Shown here one piece after another: positions 8,808 to 17,884 of a stretch of DNA of 64,000 nucleotides; within the stretch, counting starts at the first letter, position 1, and every line of letters starts with the position of its first letter. Source of the stretch: an uncultured Lewinella sp. (lineage in GTDB: Bacteria; Bacteroidota; Bacteroidia; Chitinophagales; Saprospiraceae); contig CAZLEF010000020.1 of the NCBI GenBank assembly GCA_964558465.1, forward strand, positions 19,723 to 83,722, written 5' to 3'. The notes under the pieces are model-generated. The model was given only the letters and a program-made list of their open reading frames with translations. It was not told the origin of the DNA and made no database searches. The position numbers and the translations under genes are program-made.

Positions 8808-9287
8808 TCAATTGGATTTCAGAACAGGCAATCCCAAAAATTTCCGGGCGTAGCCGATTTGACCCAGATGGTAGGCCTCGTGATAAATAAAAAAGGCCAG
8901 GAAATCTTTGGGTTTACCGCCTTTGCCCGCGATTTCAGACTCCATTTCCTCCGGCGACAAAGACTCAACCCTTTCGATCAGCAACCTGGATGCTTTTTCC
9001 CAATTTGACCGGATCACATAAAGGTCGGGATAATTTATGTCGTCGGCAATGGCTTTGAAATAAAGATGGAAATAAGGATCGTTTTCATGTCCGCCGATCA
9101 GGTTCAGCAACATGAAACGGCAGGTGACGATATGGCCCAAAAGCCAGTTGATATGGTTTACCCGAGGGCTTGGCCGTTGCATCGCATCCCGATCGTTGAT
9201 GCCGTCAAAGGCATTGTAAAAAATACCGGATTGCAGGTTGAGCATTTCAATGTAGGCTGTAGCTTTAGTTATTGTTGGTGTTTGCAT
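8808..9287 (-). CDS. DinB-family protein
   Basis: 159 aa with a four-helix DinB_2-like pattern (HINWLLGHIV ... FFIYHEAYHLGQIG). Confidence 0.75.
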   Translation of the reverse strand: MQTPTITKATAYIEMLNLQSGIFYNAFDGINDRDAMQRPSPRVNHINWLLGHIVTCRFMLLNLIGGHENDPYFHLYFKAIADDINYPDLYVIRSNWEKASRLLIERVESLSPEEMESEIAGKGGKPKDFLAFFIYHEAYHLGQIGYARKFLGLPVLKSN

Positions 9288-9305
9288 GATATTGTTTTTT
9301 AAGTT

Positions 9306-9776
9306 TTATGAATTTAAAGCCGGAGAAACGGATTCGGCGGGTTGGTTTTTTGGCAAACCCAGGTATAAAAAAAGCACACTGACCGGCCACAAAACCGGGC
9401 CAATAATCCCCTCTTCCAATTTTACGATTCCAGGGATGAGCATAAAAGCGATCAATCCCGCATCGGCCAACCCGATCATAGCAGCGTTCAGGAAGAACCC
9501 TGCCCTGCTGTTTTTCCAATTCAGGGTGAAGGCGATGATCATCACCGCCAACCCCATCCACAGCAGGTTGAAGGAATGGAAAGCCACAACGGCCCGGATA
9601 ACCGGACTGACAGCAACGGGGAATTCCGATTCGGACAAGGCGGAACCCAGGCTTTTCAGCGCGTTTTCCGGGTGGTTCGACAAAGCATCCGCCAGCAACA
9701 GGCCGCCGCCGGCTACATGGATCAGCCCCCATAATCCACAGATCAGGGCGCCGGTTTTGTGATAGGAAATTTTCAT
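9306..9776 (-). CDS. Small integral membrane protein (4 TM), unknown function
   Basis: ORF 9306..9803. The likely start is MKISYHKTGALICGLWGLIHV, and four hydrophobic segments are visible. Confidence 0.5.
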   Translation of the reverse strand: MKISYHKTGALICGLWGLIHVAGGGLLLADALSNHPENALKSLGSALSESEFPVAVSPVIRAVVAFHSFNLLWMGLAVMIIAFTLNWKNSRAGFFLNAAMIGLADAGLIAFMLIPGIVKLEEGIIGPVLWPVSVLFLYLGLPKNQPAESVSPALNS

Positions 9777-9873
9777 GATGTTTGTTGTTTTCCAGGATGA
9801 CAATCACCCGGAAAAAACAGAGACATTTTTGTGGGAAATATTTTTCAGCAAGAGAAAACAACCAGGACCGGCA

Positions 9874-11148
9874 TCAACCGCCCTGTGACCGGCAGACCGC
9901 GATTTTTTTGCCGATCAATTTCAATTCCCCCTTGTTTGAGGTAAAAGACGCAGCCGTCTGGAAACTTTGCCGGGCCTGGTTCCACCTGGACAACTCCATC
10001 AAAATTTCACCTTTTACCGCATGAAAAAGATAATAGTTTTCCAGGGATTCCGAGGTGGAAATCAGATCCAGTTCCTGGAGTGCCTTTTGTTGTCCGTGGA
10101 CTTTGGATAGGGCGACCACCCGGTTCAGTTGTACCACAGGGCTGTGGTCGATCCGGATCAACAGATCGTAAAGCTTGAGAATTTCCTTCCAATCGGTTTG
10201 TTCGTAATCGGGCGCCGTGCAATGGCAGGCGCTGATGGCCGCCTGGATATAATACGTGTTGATCACACCCTCGTCTGCCGCCCTTTGCAGATATTGGATG
10301 CCGGATTGGATCAAAGGCCTGTTCCACAACGACCTGTCCTGTTCGGGCAATAAAACCGGATCGCCGTCCCCGGAGACCCTGGCCCTGAACCGGGCGGCGT
10401 TAAAACACATCAAGGCCAGCAAGGAAAGGGTAGCCGAATTTTTACCCGAAGGGTGTTCGCTTAATATTCTGCAAAGGCGGATTGCTTCGGCGCAAATCTC
10501 CATCCGGACAGGTTGATCGCCCTCTGTGGCGCTGTATCCTTCATTGAATAACAGGTAAATGGTTTCCAGTATGCCGTCCAACCGGGGTAAAAGTTGCGGA
10601 CCGGCCGGCGTTTCAAAGGCAATATTCATTTCCCGAAGGGTTTGCCTGGCCCTGACCAGCCGTTTCGTGATGGTTGCCTCGGTAGTCAGGTAGGCCCTTG
10701 CGATTTCAGCGATGCTGAACCCGCAAAGCGTTTTCAGGATCAAGGTCGTTTGGGCTTCCTTGCCAATCGAGGGGTTGCAACAAACGAACATCATTTTCAG
10801 GAGATCATCCCTGATTTCTTCATCCCTGAAAACCATTTCAACGACAGCGGGCGTATCCTTCCCGTATTGCAGGAGGCGATTGGCAAATTCCGATTGGTAT
10901 TTGCCCCTTTTCAGGATATTGATCGCCTTGTTTTTAGCGGTCTGCATCAACCAGCCTGCCGGATTTTCGGGAATTCCTTTTTCCGGCCAATTTTTCAGGG
11001 CTGCTTCCACTGCGTCCTGCACCACATCTTCGGCAAGTTCGAGGTTGGCCGGACCGAAGATTTTGGTCAGTACGGCGACCAGGCTGCCGGAGTTTTTCCG
11101 GTAGAAGCGCTCGATGGCCCTTTGAGTTTCTTTAAGTTCGTTCATCAA
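9874..11148 (-). CDS. Sigma-70 family (ECF-like) RNA polymerase sigma factor with long C-terminal extension
   Basis: 424 aa. Region 2 (LAEDVVQDAVEAALKNWP) and region 4 (CGFSIAEIARAYLTTEATITKRLVRARQTL) are recognisable. Neighbourhood with a YciI gene is typical for this subgroup. Confidence 0.8.
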   Translation of the reverse strand: MMNELKETQRAIERFYRKNSGSLVAVLTKIFGPANLELAEDVVQDAVEAALKNWPEKGIPENPAGWLMQTAKNKAINILKRGKYQSEFANRLLQYGKDTPAVVEMVFRDEEIRDDLLKMMFVCCNPSIGKEAQTTLILKTLCGFSIAEIARAYLTTEATITKRLVRARQTLREMNIAFETPAGPQLLPRLDGILETIYLLFNEGYSATEGDQPVRMEICAEAIRLCRILSEHPSGKNSATLSLLALMCFNAARFRARVSGDGDPVLLPEQDRSLWNRPLIQSGIQYLQRAADEGVINTYYIQAAISACHCTAPDYEQTDWKEILKLYDLLIRIDHSPVVQLNRVVALSKVHGQQKALQELDLISTSESLENYYLFHAVKGEILMELSRWNQARQSFQTAASFTSNKGELKLIGKKIAVCRSQGG

Positions 11149-11217
11149 CCTGGCAGTGCAAGTGAGCCCTAAAAATACGAAAGACGATTGACAGGCAGAT
11201 AGTTGGTCGGGCTATTC

Positions 11218-11670
11218 TCAATTGGCGGGGCAGTTTATGGTTGCAGCGGATTTTTCCGGTAGGGCGAGTTTGCGTTTCATGTCCTGGGTGGTGCGCCCGC
11301 CGAAGAGCGCTTTGTCGCCTTCAGATCGGATGATCTCCTGTTTCCGGGTTTGTACGGCGAAATACGTCTGGGCAAAGGCAATCTCGGGCTTTTTGGTGGG
11401 GTCTCCGTTTTGGGCGATGAGGTAACAAGCGTAACGGGTGAGGGCAAAATCTTCGATGCGGCGGCGCGTACCGCTTCCGATTTCGACCATTTTCCCGACG
11501 TCGGCAAAATGGCGCCTGATCTTTTCATCGGCGGCTTGGCAGGCGATTTTGGCCTTTTCAACAGCGTTCAGGAAATTGTCCCATTTGGCATAGCCAAGAA
11601 TGGCTTGAAGTTCGCGGGCGCTCCAGCATTCCGTGTTTTCGATGAGATAGCAGGCGTTTTCAATTTTCTG
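11218..11670 (-). pseudogene. DinD-like (DNA-damage-inducible protein D) remnant
   Basis: The in-frame translation is TLQKIENACYLIENTECWSARELQAILGYAKWDNFLNAVEKAKIACQAADEKIRRHFADVGKMVEIGSGTRRRIEDFALTRYACYLIAQNGDPTKKPEIAFAQTYFAVQTRKQEI.. It has no start codon after the upstream TGA. An internal segment and the C-terminal half seem to be missing relative to DinD as I remember it. Confidence 0.55.
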
Positions 11671-11754
11671 AAGCGTTCAAGGATGAAACTTTTTTCCCAC
11701 CTGGAAGGTTAAAGAATTCGCAAAAGGGTTTTACCTTTGCGGCCTTGTCTGAAA

Positions 11755-11842
11755 GGAGGGATGGCAGAGCGGTTGATTGCACCTGTCTTGAAAACAGGCG
11801 TAGGTGATGAGCCTACCGGGGGTTCGAATCCCTCTCCCTCCG
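11755..11842 (+). tRNA. tRNA-Ser (anticodon UGA)
   Basis: Acceptor GGAGGGA/TCCCTCC, anticodon stem CCTGT/ACAGG with loop CTTGAAA, long variable arm CGTAGGTGATGAGCCTACCG, T-loop GGTTCGAATCC. No CCA is encoded. Confidence 0.9.
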
Positions 11843-11904
11843 CAGAATTACACCTTGGGTAAATCGTCTTTCCTGCTCATTGCAGCGATCTTTCTGTCCT
11901 TCCA

Positions 11905-12159
11905 TTAGTGCCTGATAATAATCCATCCTATCGTACTTCCAACGCCCATATTCCCTAAATCTTTTACGCCTTGTGAGTTATCAAAAATGAAGGTAGTAAT
12001 AATTACTCCCAAAAAAGGACCAAGTCCACCAAGGATATGTAACCAATCTGAATGTTCCCAACCAATCTGAAAATTATGGCTCAATACATTAGGCAGCCAG
12101 ATTGACCAGGAAATTCCAAAGCTGATTAGAATGAAAACTATTATTTTTCGGTTGTTCAT
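11905..12159 (-). pseudogene. CPBP (CAAX protease)-family N-terminal fragment
   Basis: 84 aa: FILISFGISWSIWLP...LGGLGPFLGVIITTFIF resembles the N-terminal half of CPBP proteases, but the EExxxR and H motifs are absent. A 38-aa hydrophobic mini-ORF lies just upstream. Confidence 0.35.
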
Positions 12160-12311
12160 TCTTTACCTGTTAAATTCATAAATCATCCAGCCAAAAGTTG
12201 AAATAAACATCAGCCGAAAAGAATGGCAAAACAAACATTATAACAATCAGAGGAATATATGAGGCTATAAATATTTTTACTTCTAATTTCATTCGTGTTT
12301 GTTTTTATGGC

Positions 12312-12329
12312 ACATAACCGGTGTTATGC
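12312..12329 (-). other. Minimal attC-like site (R''-4nt-R')
   Basis: Gene orientation reads TGA-GCATAAC-ACCG-GTTATGT. GCATAAC directly follows the stop of 12330..12989 and is the exact complement of GTTATGC at the 5' edge of that cassette (~12986-12992). Confidence 0.5.
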
Positions 12330-12971
12330 TCAGTTTTGGATTTTTATGTTAATATCATTCAATTTACGAGGAGTCTCTTCTCCAGGTATTATGGCCATAA
12401 TTTTTTCAAATAGAATCTCGTCATTGATTTGAACAATCTGAAGTTTTCTTGAATTCTCAGGTTCAAATCTTCCGCCAGTATTCTTCAATACCAATATCAC
12501 TTCACCGTTTCTGATAATTTTTATTTCATAGGACTTAACCTCGTGATTACCTGACATATCAAATCCTGAAATTCTTGCGACAACACCAGACTGTGCTAAA
12601 AACTCACCTAATGAAATCGTTCCGGAGGTTTTGCGGGCGAATTCAGCCGGCTGATCGGGCCATCGTCTAACGATAATTCTCCGTTTTTCAATGAGTACGG
12701 TGTCATTATTTGTGGTATGGTAGATGAAGAAGTGACTTTCGCCAACTTTCTGTGGGATGTAACTATATCTGCAATCAGTATCTCTGAGTGTAATACTTCC
12801 ATTGTCTGTACTAATGTAAAGGTATTGGCATGCAACTCCTTCGACCACAATAGTTAATGAATTATCAAGACCAGGCCAAGCTGTCGGATAATTTAATTCA
12901 ATTGCTACGTTTTGACCTTGCAGTCTGATGAAAAAGCAGAAAACCAGTATGGCAATTACAAGGTTTTTCAT
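12330..12971 (-). CDS. Secreted hypothetical protein (possibly GldM C-terminal-like)
   Basis: ORF 12330..12989. The probable start is MKNLVIAILVFCFFIRLQGQ (signal peptide). The family assignment is a weak impression only. Confidence 0.45.
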   Translation of the reverse strand: MKNLVIAILVFCFFIRLQGQNVAIELNYPTAWPGLDNSLTIVVEGVACQYLYISTDNGSITLRDTDCRYSYIPQKVGESHFFIYHTTNNDTVLIEKRRIIVRRWPDQPAEFARKTSGTISLGEFLAQSGVVARISGFDMSGNHEVKSYEIKIIRNGEVILVLKNTGGRFEPENSRKLQIVQINDEILFEKIMAIIPGEETPRKLNDINIKIQN

Positions 12972-12986
12972 TGGCATTCCATTGAG

Positions 12987-13215
12987 CATAACGGTTTGCA
13001 GCTTGCCGATGTGGCGGAATTTTAGCTGTAATTCCTAAGGTTGATCAACTGTCCCACAATAAAAAGCAATGTCACTATTAACATTACTTTGTCTTGAAAG
13101 TCAACCGTGTAGTTGGGTGTCATTTGCCATAGCTGTTCGGTTGGCTTGCTGCCGTGCCGCCGTGCATTGGCTTTGCGGGCTGGCTGTTCGGCGGCATGGA
13201 CAGTAAACCGTTGTC
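12987..13215 (-). other. Composite attC-like junction (one E-type palindrome plus remnants of a second site)
   Basis: Gene orientation reads TAA-ATTCACC-GGACAAC-GGTT-TACTGTCCATGCCGCCG...CGGCGGCACGGCAGCA, then AGCCAACCGAAC, then about 120 nt, then CAAACC-GTTATGC. The central CCGCCG...GCTTTGCGGGCTGGCTGTT...CGGCGG block is homologous to sites at 17.8, 19.3 and 25.0 kb. Confidence 0.45.
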
Positions 13216-13223
13216 CGGTGAAT

Positions 13224-14291
13224 TTATTGTTTTATGCGAGTAAGTATTTCTTTACCCGAATCAAAATATTCCGAAATAATATTTTCATACACTATGTCAC
13301 CATTTTCTCCATTTGTAAAAACAATTATCCCTCTTTTTTCCTGTGGCAAAAGAATGATTATTGTGTTTTGCCCTCGGTTTCTTCCAGTATGTGTCAAGGC
13401 ATATCCTCCTTTGGATAAATTTCTTGTCACATTCCACCCTAACCCAAACTCTTTACCATTTTTTAAAACGGCCTGTGTCTTAATCATCTCTAATTGAACA
13501 TCCCCAGACAGGTAATTTCCTTCTAAGATTGCAACTCCAAATCTCCCGTAATCTTTGAGTGTGGAAAGCACCAAATTCGAAGCATTTGCATCATACCATT
13601 TTTCTTTTTCGTATTGAGAACCGTCAGCACGATACCGCTCTGCATAGCGAGTAGTATCCATATTTTTATCCCAGTAAAAGTGAATGTCTTTCATGTCAAG
13701 AGGGCGAAATAAAATAGAATCTACTAATTTTTCTATAGGAATTTGGAATTTACGCTCCAATGCTTTACGAAGGTATTCAAAGCCTTCACCTGAGTATTTC
13801 CATTGAGAGCCGGGCTCAAATGCGAAGGACAATTTTCCATTAGGCTCATTCCCTCTCCAATTAGGCAAGCCTGATTGATGGCAAAGCACATTCCGTGTGG
13901 TTAGTTTTTTATTAAAGGCATCGTTTGCAACGTCAGGATCAGTCCAATAATTACAGAGGGGTTCATCGAGTTGCCATTGTCCGCTGCTGACCAACTTTAA
14001 AGTAGTCGTAGATATTAATGGTTTGGTCAAGGAAGCCAAGTTAAAAAGCGTATTTAAAGGTGCAGGCGAATGATATTCGATATTGCCAAAAATTTTGACT
14101 TGCCGGATTTTGAAATTTTCAATGATACACACCCCGACGGTAGGCACGTTTTCATTTTTCATCCAAGTCAAAATTGGTTCGCTTTTTAAGATTTGTGTGT
14201 GCTTTGGCGAGCACGAATATACCATAAACGCTAATAAGCATATCTGCCAATTTGCAACAGCACACACAAGTTTTATTGATTTTCCTTTCAT
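13224..14291 (-). CDS. Serine hydrolase, beta-lactamase/transpeptidase-like (class C-type fold)
   Basis: 355 aa with a signal peptide, an SxxK motif in FNLASLTKPLIS, and YSGEGFEYL downstream. Confidence 0.8.
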   Translation of the reverse strand: MKGKSIKLVCAVANWQICLLAFMVYSCSPKHTQILKSEPILTWMKNENVPTVGVCIIENFKIRQVKIFGNIEYHSPAPLNTLFNLASLTKPLISTTTLKLVSSGQWQLDEPLCNYWTDPDVANDAFNKKLTTRNVLCHQSGLPNWRGNEPNGKLSFAFEPGSQWKYSGEGFEYLRKALERKFQIPIEKLVDSILFRPLDMKDIHFYWDKNMDTTRYAERYRADGSQYEKEKWYDANASNLVLSTLKDYGRFGVAILEGNYLSGDVQLEMIKTQAVLKNGKEFGLGWNVTRNLSKGGYALTHTGRNRGQNTIIILLPQEKRGIIVFTNGENGDIVYENIISEYFDSGKEILTRIKQ

Positions 14292-14366
14292 TTTTTTAAA
14301 TGTTTAACTCAAAAATGAAAGACACATGTGGCAAATAGAGGTTGCTTTTTTCATTTTTTTAATTTC

Positions 14367-14497
14367 ATCGAACGGTTTGAATATGGGGCGTTTGGCATTT
14401 AAAAACACCAACCTGTCAATCCGCTATATATTTTATTAATTGTTACCATCTTCACATTTAGCACTATCTGCCAAATGCACTATATTTTTTGTTGTGT
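14367..14497 (-). other. attC-like site (131 nt)
   Basis: Gene orientation reads ACACAAC-AAAA-AATATAGTGCATTTGGCA...TGCCAAACGCCCCATATT-CAAACC-GTTCGAT. It starts 8 nt after the stop of 14502..15473. Confidence 0.55.
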
Positions 14498-14501
14498 GTC
14501 G

Positions 14502-15455
14502 TTATTTTATTAATTCTAAGAACCAATTGACCAACTCCTTCTCATCAACAATATTCCAAGTATGAGGGTGTCTGCTCCCATCATTCTGGTAACCTTTATC
14601 TTGAGTGATTATCAATTCCACCTTCTGGTTATCTCGAATTTTAAGTTCATTTATCAAGGCAGCTAAATCAATTGCATTCATGGAGTAAAAGTCCTTTCTT
14701 CTTGTTTCTATCCACCAGGTTACATCTGGTTCAGTATAGCATCTAATGGCTATATTCTTCAATAGATTAAGATTTGAACCTCCATTTGCGCTATAGCAAT
14801 ATGGTGAATAATCTATATATGCTTGTAATGTGTCTGTTGGAGTTCCACCAAGATTTCTCTCAAGATAGCCTGAGACCCACGTGCCCTCGTTTGCTGTAAT
14901 TGGACTGAAGTTAAGCTCCTTCGCTTTTACCATTTCTTTGTGAAAGCGAACCATGTCCAACGGAGAATCACATATGGCAATTGCTTTGGGAACCAATTTA
15001 TGTTTTGACTCAGTACTTTGACCAAACATTGCCAGTTTTATAGCACGTGTTCCTTCTAAAGACATCCCACAATAGAGTAGGTTACTATCGGGTATGTTAT
15101 AAGTTATAAGCACTTCATAGATGTAATTTTCAATTTCATGAACTTTACTATTCTCAAAAAAGAATTCAAGTCTGTTTTCCGTTGTTGCATAAAGTACCGC
15201 AAGTTGTTTCGAAAGGGCATAATCTATGATAAAATCAGCGTTTACTGTATCTCTTCTTGCATGAGTGAAGACAATCAATCCTTTTATTTTTTCGATTTTT
15301 GGCAGCCAGAGCGTGTATCCTCTGTCAACTTTTGGGATGCTAATCCCTTCAGTTAAAAGGATATCGCCTTCTACATGAACTTTCTTGTCAATTACTCTTT
15401 GAGCAAACAAGTTTGACATGCAGAAGATACAGAGTGTTAAAATTGCTGCTTTCAT
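14502..15455 (-). CDS. Secreted hypothetical protein, possible alpha/beta-hydrolase fold
   Basis: ORF 14502..15473 (GTG). The likely start is MKAAILTLCIFCMSNLFAQ. There is a GMSLEG nucleophile-elbow-like segment, but no firm family match by eye. Confidence 0.45.
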   Translation of the reverse strand: MKAAILTLCIFCMSNLFAQRVIDKKVHVEGDILLTEGISIPKVDRGYTLWLPKIEKIKGLIVFTHARRDTVNADFIIDYALSKQLAVLYATTENRLEFFFENSKVHEIENYIYEVLITYNIPDSNLLYCGMSLEGTRAIKLAMFGQSTESKHKLVPKAIAICDSPLDMVRFHKEMVKAKELNFSPITANEGTWVSGYLERNLGGTPTDTLQAYIDYSPYCYSANGGSNLNLLKNIAIRCYTEPDVTWWIETRRKDFYSMNAIDLAALINELKIRDNQKVELIITQDKGYQNDGSRHPHTWNIVDEKELVNWFLELIK

Positions 15456-15474
15456 CCTGTTTTTTAATGACACA

Positions 15475-15625
15475 TCACTCCTTAATGTCTACTGGTATCT
15501 TCTTAGTCGCTTCGCCAATAATTTCTAAGCTGCGAACTATCGCCCGTTTTAGCACTTCGTTATCAATCAAGGCATCTTTGGTCATATCTGGCGATATGCT
15601 GTTATTGATAAATTCACAGTAACTA
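15475..15625 (-). pseudogene. HepT/DUF86 (HEPN toxin) internal fragment
   Basis: The translation ...EFINNSISPDMTKDALIDNEVLKRAIVRSLEIIGEATKKIPVDIKE* carries the RxxxxLEIIGEA signature of DUF86. The N-terminus is cut by MITE copy A, and the C-terminal RxxxxH half is missing. Confidence 0.5.
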
Positions 15626-16104
15626 CCCAGTCCCCCAAAGCTATAAAAAATTGACGGAATAAGGTTAACCTGGCAGGCATAAAATCCAGGGCCTTATGCC
15701 AGGAATTTCCAGCCCATACGCCGGGATGAGAAAGACACGCCTGATCCGCAAGATTGAGGCGCTGGAAAGGTATTGCCGGAGTCTGGAAAAAGCCAACCAG
15801 GCAGGTATTTCGGGAGGTGAAGTTTTGTACATGGACAAGGAGAAAGCCAGGTTGATCGGGGAATTACTGAAGCGGGATCGGCTGGTAGCTTCCCTTTCCA
15901 AATTGGTCAGAAAATAAATGTATTCAATGCACTCAAAAATATTTTTGAAGGAATTATCCCGCCAGTCCAGTATCCGAAATTGGAATAAATAAAAACACTC
16001 CAAAATTATCCGCAAAATATTATGGTTTATTTTTGAAGCCTCCGGAAATCATCTCCGTGAGATTAGGCCCGCTTGTTTTGTTAACTTTTGGACTGGGTAA
16101 TTAC
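15619..16104 (+). mobile_element. MITE-like element, copy A (486 bp) with ~15-20-bp terminal inverted repeats
   Basis: The left end is GTAACTACCCAGTCC and the reverse complement of the right end is GTAATTACCCAGTCC. It is about 90% identical to copy B outside a divergent central segment and carries a coiled-coil ORF remnant (15696..15917). Confidence 0.65.
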
Positions 16105-16139
16105 GATTCTTTTAATCAAAAAATGGACTTTTGATTCTC

Positions 16140-16766
16140 TCATTTGTCGCCAAACTTGACCAGCCCCCAAACTCCTAACAGCCATAGTCCCAAAGCAAGC
16201 GGCCAGAATATTTCCAGATTATAATACAAGGCTTGGGCAGTTATAAGAGATGGGATAGATAATATAAAAGCCAATCCGACCCACCAGGGTGCTATTTTTT
16301 TTCTCATTATCGCTACACCTGCAATGATCCAGGCGAAGAAAAAGCACCAATTATACAGGAAGAGTCCCGACAACCAAATTAAAGTAGCTTCCGATTCTAA
16401 TCCATCATTTATCGCCTTCGGGTCCATCCCTGAAGCCACAAAGCCTGCGGATAAAGCTCGAAAACCAGAAATAAAGGCGATAAACGCTGTACCCAAAACA
16501 CCCAATACCGTTACCACGATTCCTGTGTTAGGAGACCGCTCTGCGATTCGTTGTCCCATGAAAATGAAAGTGGCCACAAAAAAAGGAACACCAATCGTCA
16601 TAATCAGGCCTTCGTATGAACTGACCCAGTAAAGTTCACCCGGAAGCGTTCCAATTCCAAATGCCCTTACTACCGATGCAATAAAAAAGCATAATGGCGC
16701 AACTAACGCCAGCATGGGCAATCGCTTCCGAAAAGTTCTCACCCATTTGTCATTCTGATTTTCCAT
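16140..16766 (-). CDS. Integral membrane protein (about 6 TM), unknown function
   Basis: ORF 16140..16931. The upstream third is encoded by the attC-like palindrome, so the start MENQNDKWVRTFRK at 16766 is more likely. Confidence 0.55.
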   Translation of the reverse strand: MENQNDKWVRTFRKRLPMLALVAPLCFFIASVVRAFGIGTLPGELYWVSSYEGLIMTIGVPFFVATFIFMGQRIAERSPNTGIVVTVLGVLGTAFIAFISGFRALSAGFVASGMDPKAINDGLESEATLIWLSGLFLYNWCFFFAWIIAGVAIMRKKIAPWWVGLAFILSIPSLITAQALYYNLEIFWPLALGLWLLGVWGLVKFGDK

Positions 16767-16811
16767 TTTGTTTTGTTTTAAATTAATTATTCCTGTTTTC
16801 TTCTTATTTAC

Positions 16812-16941
16812 CGCTAACGTTTGTGTTTCTGCAGTGGTGCCTTCCCGAAGCCGCGTCCTGTCCCACGACACCAAGCGTTGAGCGAAGATAAAACTAAAAA
16901 CCAACTCGTCACGGCACCATTGCAGAAACATTTTGTTGTGA
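16812..16941 (-). other. attC-like site (~130 nt)
   Basis: Gene orientation reads TCACAAC-AAAA-TGTTTCTGCAATGGTGCC-(~71 nt)-GGCACCACTGCAGAAACA-CAAAC-GTTAGCG, with an 18-bp stem carrying one mismatch. R'' matches GTTGTGC at 17797-17803 in 6 of 7 positions. Confidence 0.6.
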
Positions 16942-16948
16942 GTAGTTT

Positions 16949-17770
16949 TTACTTGTAGTATTCATATTCAAAAAAATCCGGAATAAATCCACGGACACTT
17001 TTTAGTAGTCCGTTAGGGTAATAGAAGTATGTCAATTTTGCATTCCACGTCCTATCATTCATAAACACCTGATTGATGTCAGAGCTTATGATTTGTCCCC
17101 TTGAATTAAAACTGTTGGCACATACAGTATTGCTGTTAAAGTGTTGAAGGTCTTTGTAGTCGGAATACTGAACTTTGGATGTGTCTTGTCCGACAACCAT
17201 TAGCCCGTCTTTAAGCTTGGGCTCCCAAGTATATCCATACCATCGTTTTGTATAAAAGTCGTTTTCATACTCTGTTGTCATGTGATAAACTATAAGAGTG
17301 TCTCTTCGTTGGGTTTTTATTGATTTAAAGGGCTCGTAATAATAGAGAGTCTCATAATTTGGGGAATCGGGGAATTTCTCTTGGAAGTCCTGAGACTTTG
17401 TCAACCTGCCCAATGAGTCATAGAAGAAAAGTGTGTAGTCAACTCCGAAAGAACCGTCAAAATAAGCAGTAGAGTCAATGATTTGAATCAATCTCATGTT
17501 TGAGTCATATTTGTAATGCTTTGTCCCTTCTATTCTTTTATTTTTTCGAGTTTTCCCATTGTATGATGCGCTGTATCTAATAGAGCGAATTTTACGTCCA
17601 TCTTTGTCCAAGTAAGTTATCTCTGCTAAATCTCTTGGTGAGTTCTCAAATCGAGTGATTTTTCTCACACTCCTATTTTTATAAATGCTGTCTGGTTGGG
17701 AGCTATTTTCGCTTTGTCCGTAAACACTACTTGATAAAGTGAAACATATTAGTATTAAAACTTTATTCAT
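16949..17770 (-). CDS. Secreted protein with YD/RHS-like repeats
   Basis: ORF 16949..17815 (GTG). The likely start is MNKVLILICFTLSSSVYGQ. Repeats are of the form HYKYDSNMRLIQI and FFYDSLGRLTKS (YDxxGRL-like). Confidence 0.5.
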   Translation of the reverse strand: MNKVLILICFTLSSSVYGQSENSSQPDSIYKNRSVRKITRFENSPRDLAEITYLDKDGRKIRSIRYSASYNGKTRKNKRIEGTKHYKYDSNMRLIQIIDSTAYFDGSFGVDYTLFFYDSLGRLTKSQDFQEKFPDSPNYETLYYYEPFKSIKTQRRDTLIVYHMTTEYENDFYTKRWYGYTWEPKLKDGLMVVGQDTSKVQYSDYKDLQHFNSNTVCANSFNSRGQIISSDINQVFMNDRTWNAKLTYFYYPNGLLKSVRGFIPDFFEYEYYK

Positions 17771-17796
17771 CGGTCTGTCCTGTCCGTAAAAATTGC

Positions 17797-17884
17797 GCAC
17801 AACGGTTGCACTCACGCATACCGCCGCCTGCGTTGGCTTTGCGGTTTAGCTTTAGCGGCGGTTGGTGTGAGTGTGGTGTTGGCT
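17797..17884 (-). other. attC-like site (88 nt)
   Basis: Gene orientation reads AGCCAAC-ACCA-CACTCAC-ACCA-ACCGCCGC-(27 nt)-GCGGCGGT-ATGC-GTGAGTG-CAACC-GTTGTGC. It overlaps the last 24 codons of the TIR ORF. R'' is the exact complement of GTTGGCT at 19289-19295. Confidence 0.7.

Noticed and set aside
12960-17761. Apparent 1-nt disagreements between the printed sequence and the ORF track at line boundaries
   Set aside because: There seems to be an extra base at 12960/12961 and at 16800/16801, and a missing base at 17760/17761. As printed, these would frameshift ORFs that the track reports as intact (12330..12989, 16140..16931, 16949..17815). I treat this as a display or reading artefact and not as biology. 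I followed the ORF track and regard coordinates of non-ORF elements in these intervals as +/-1.
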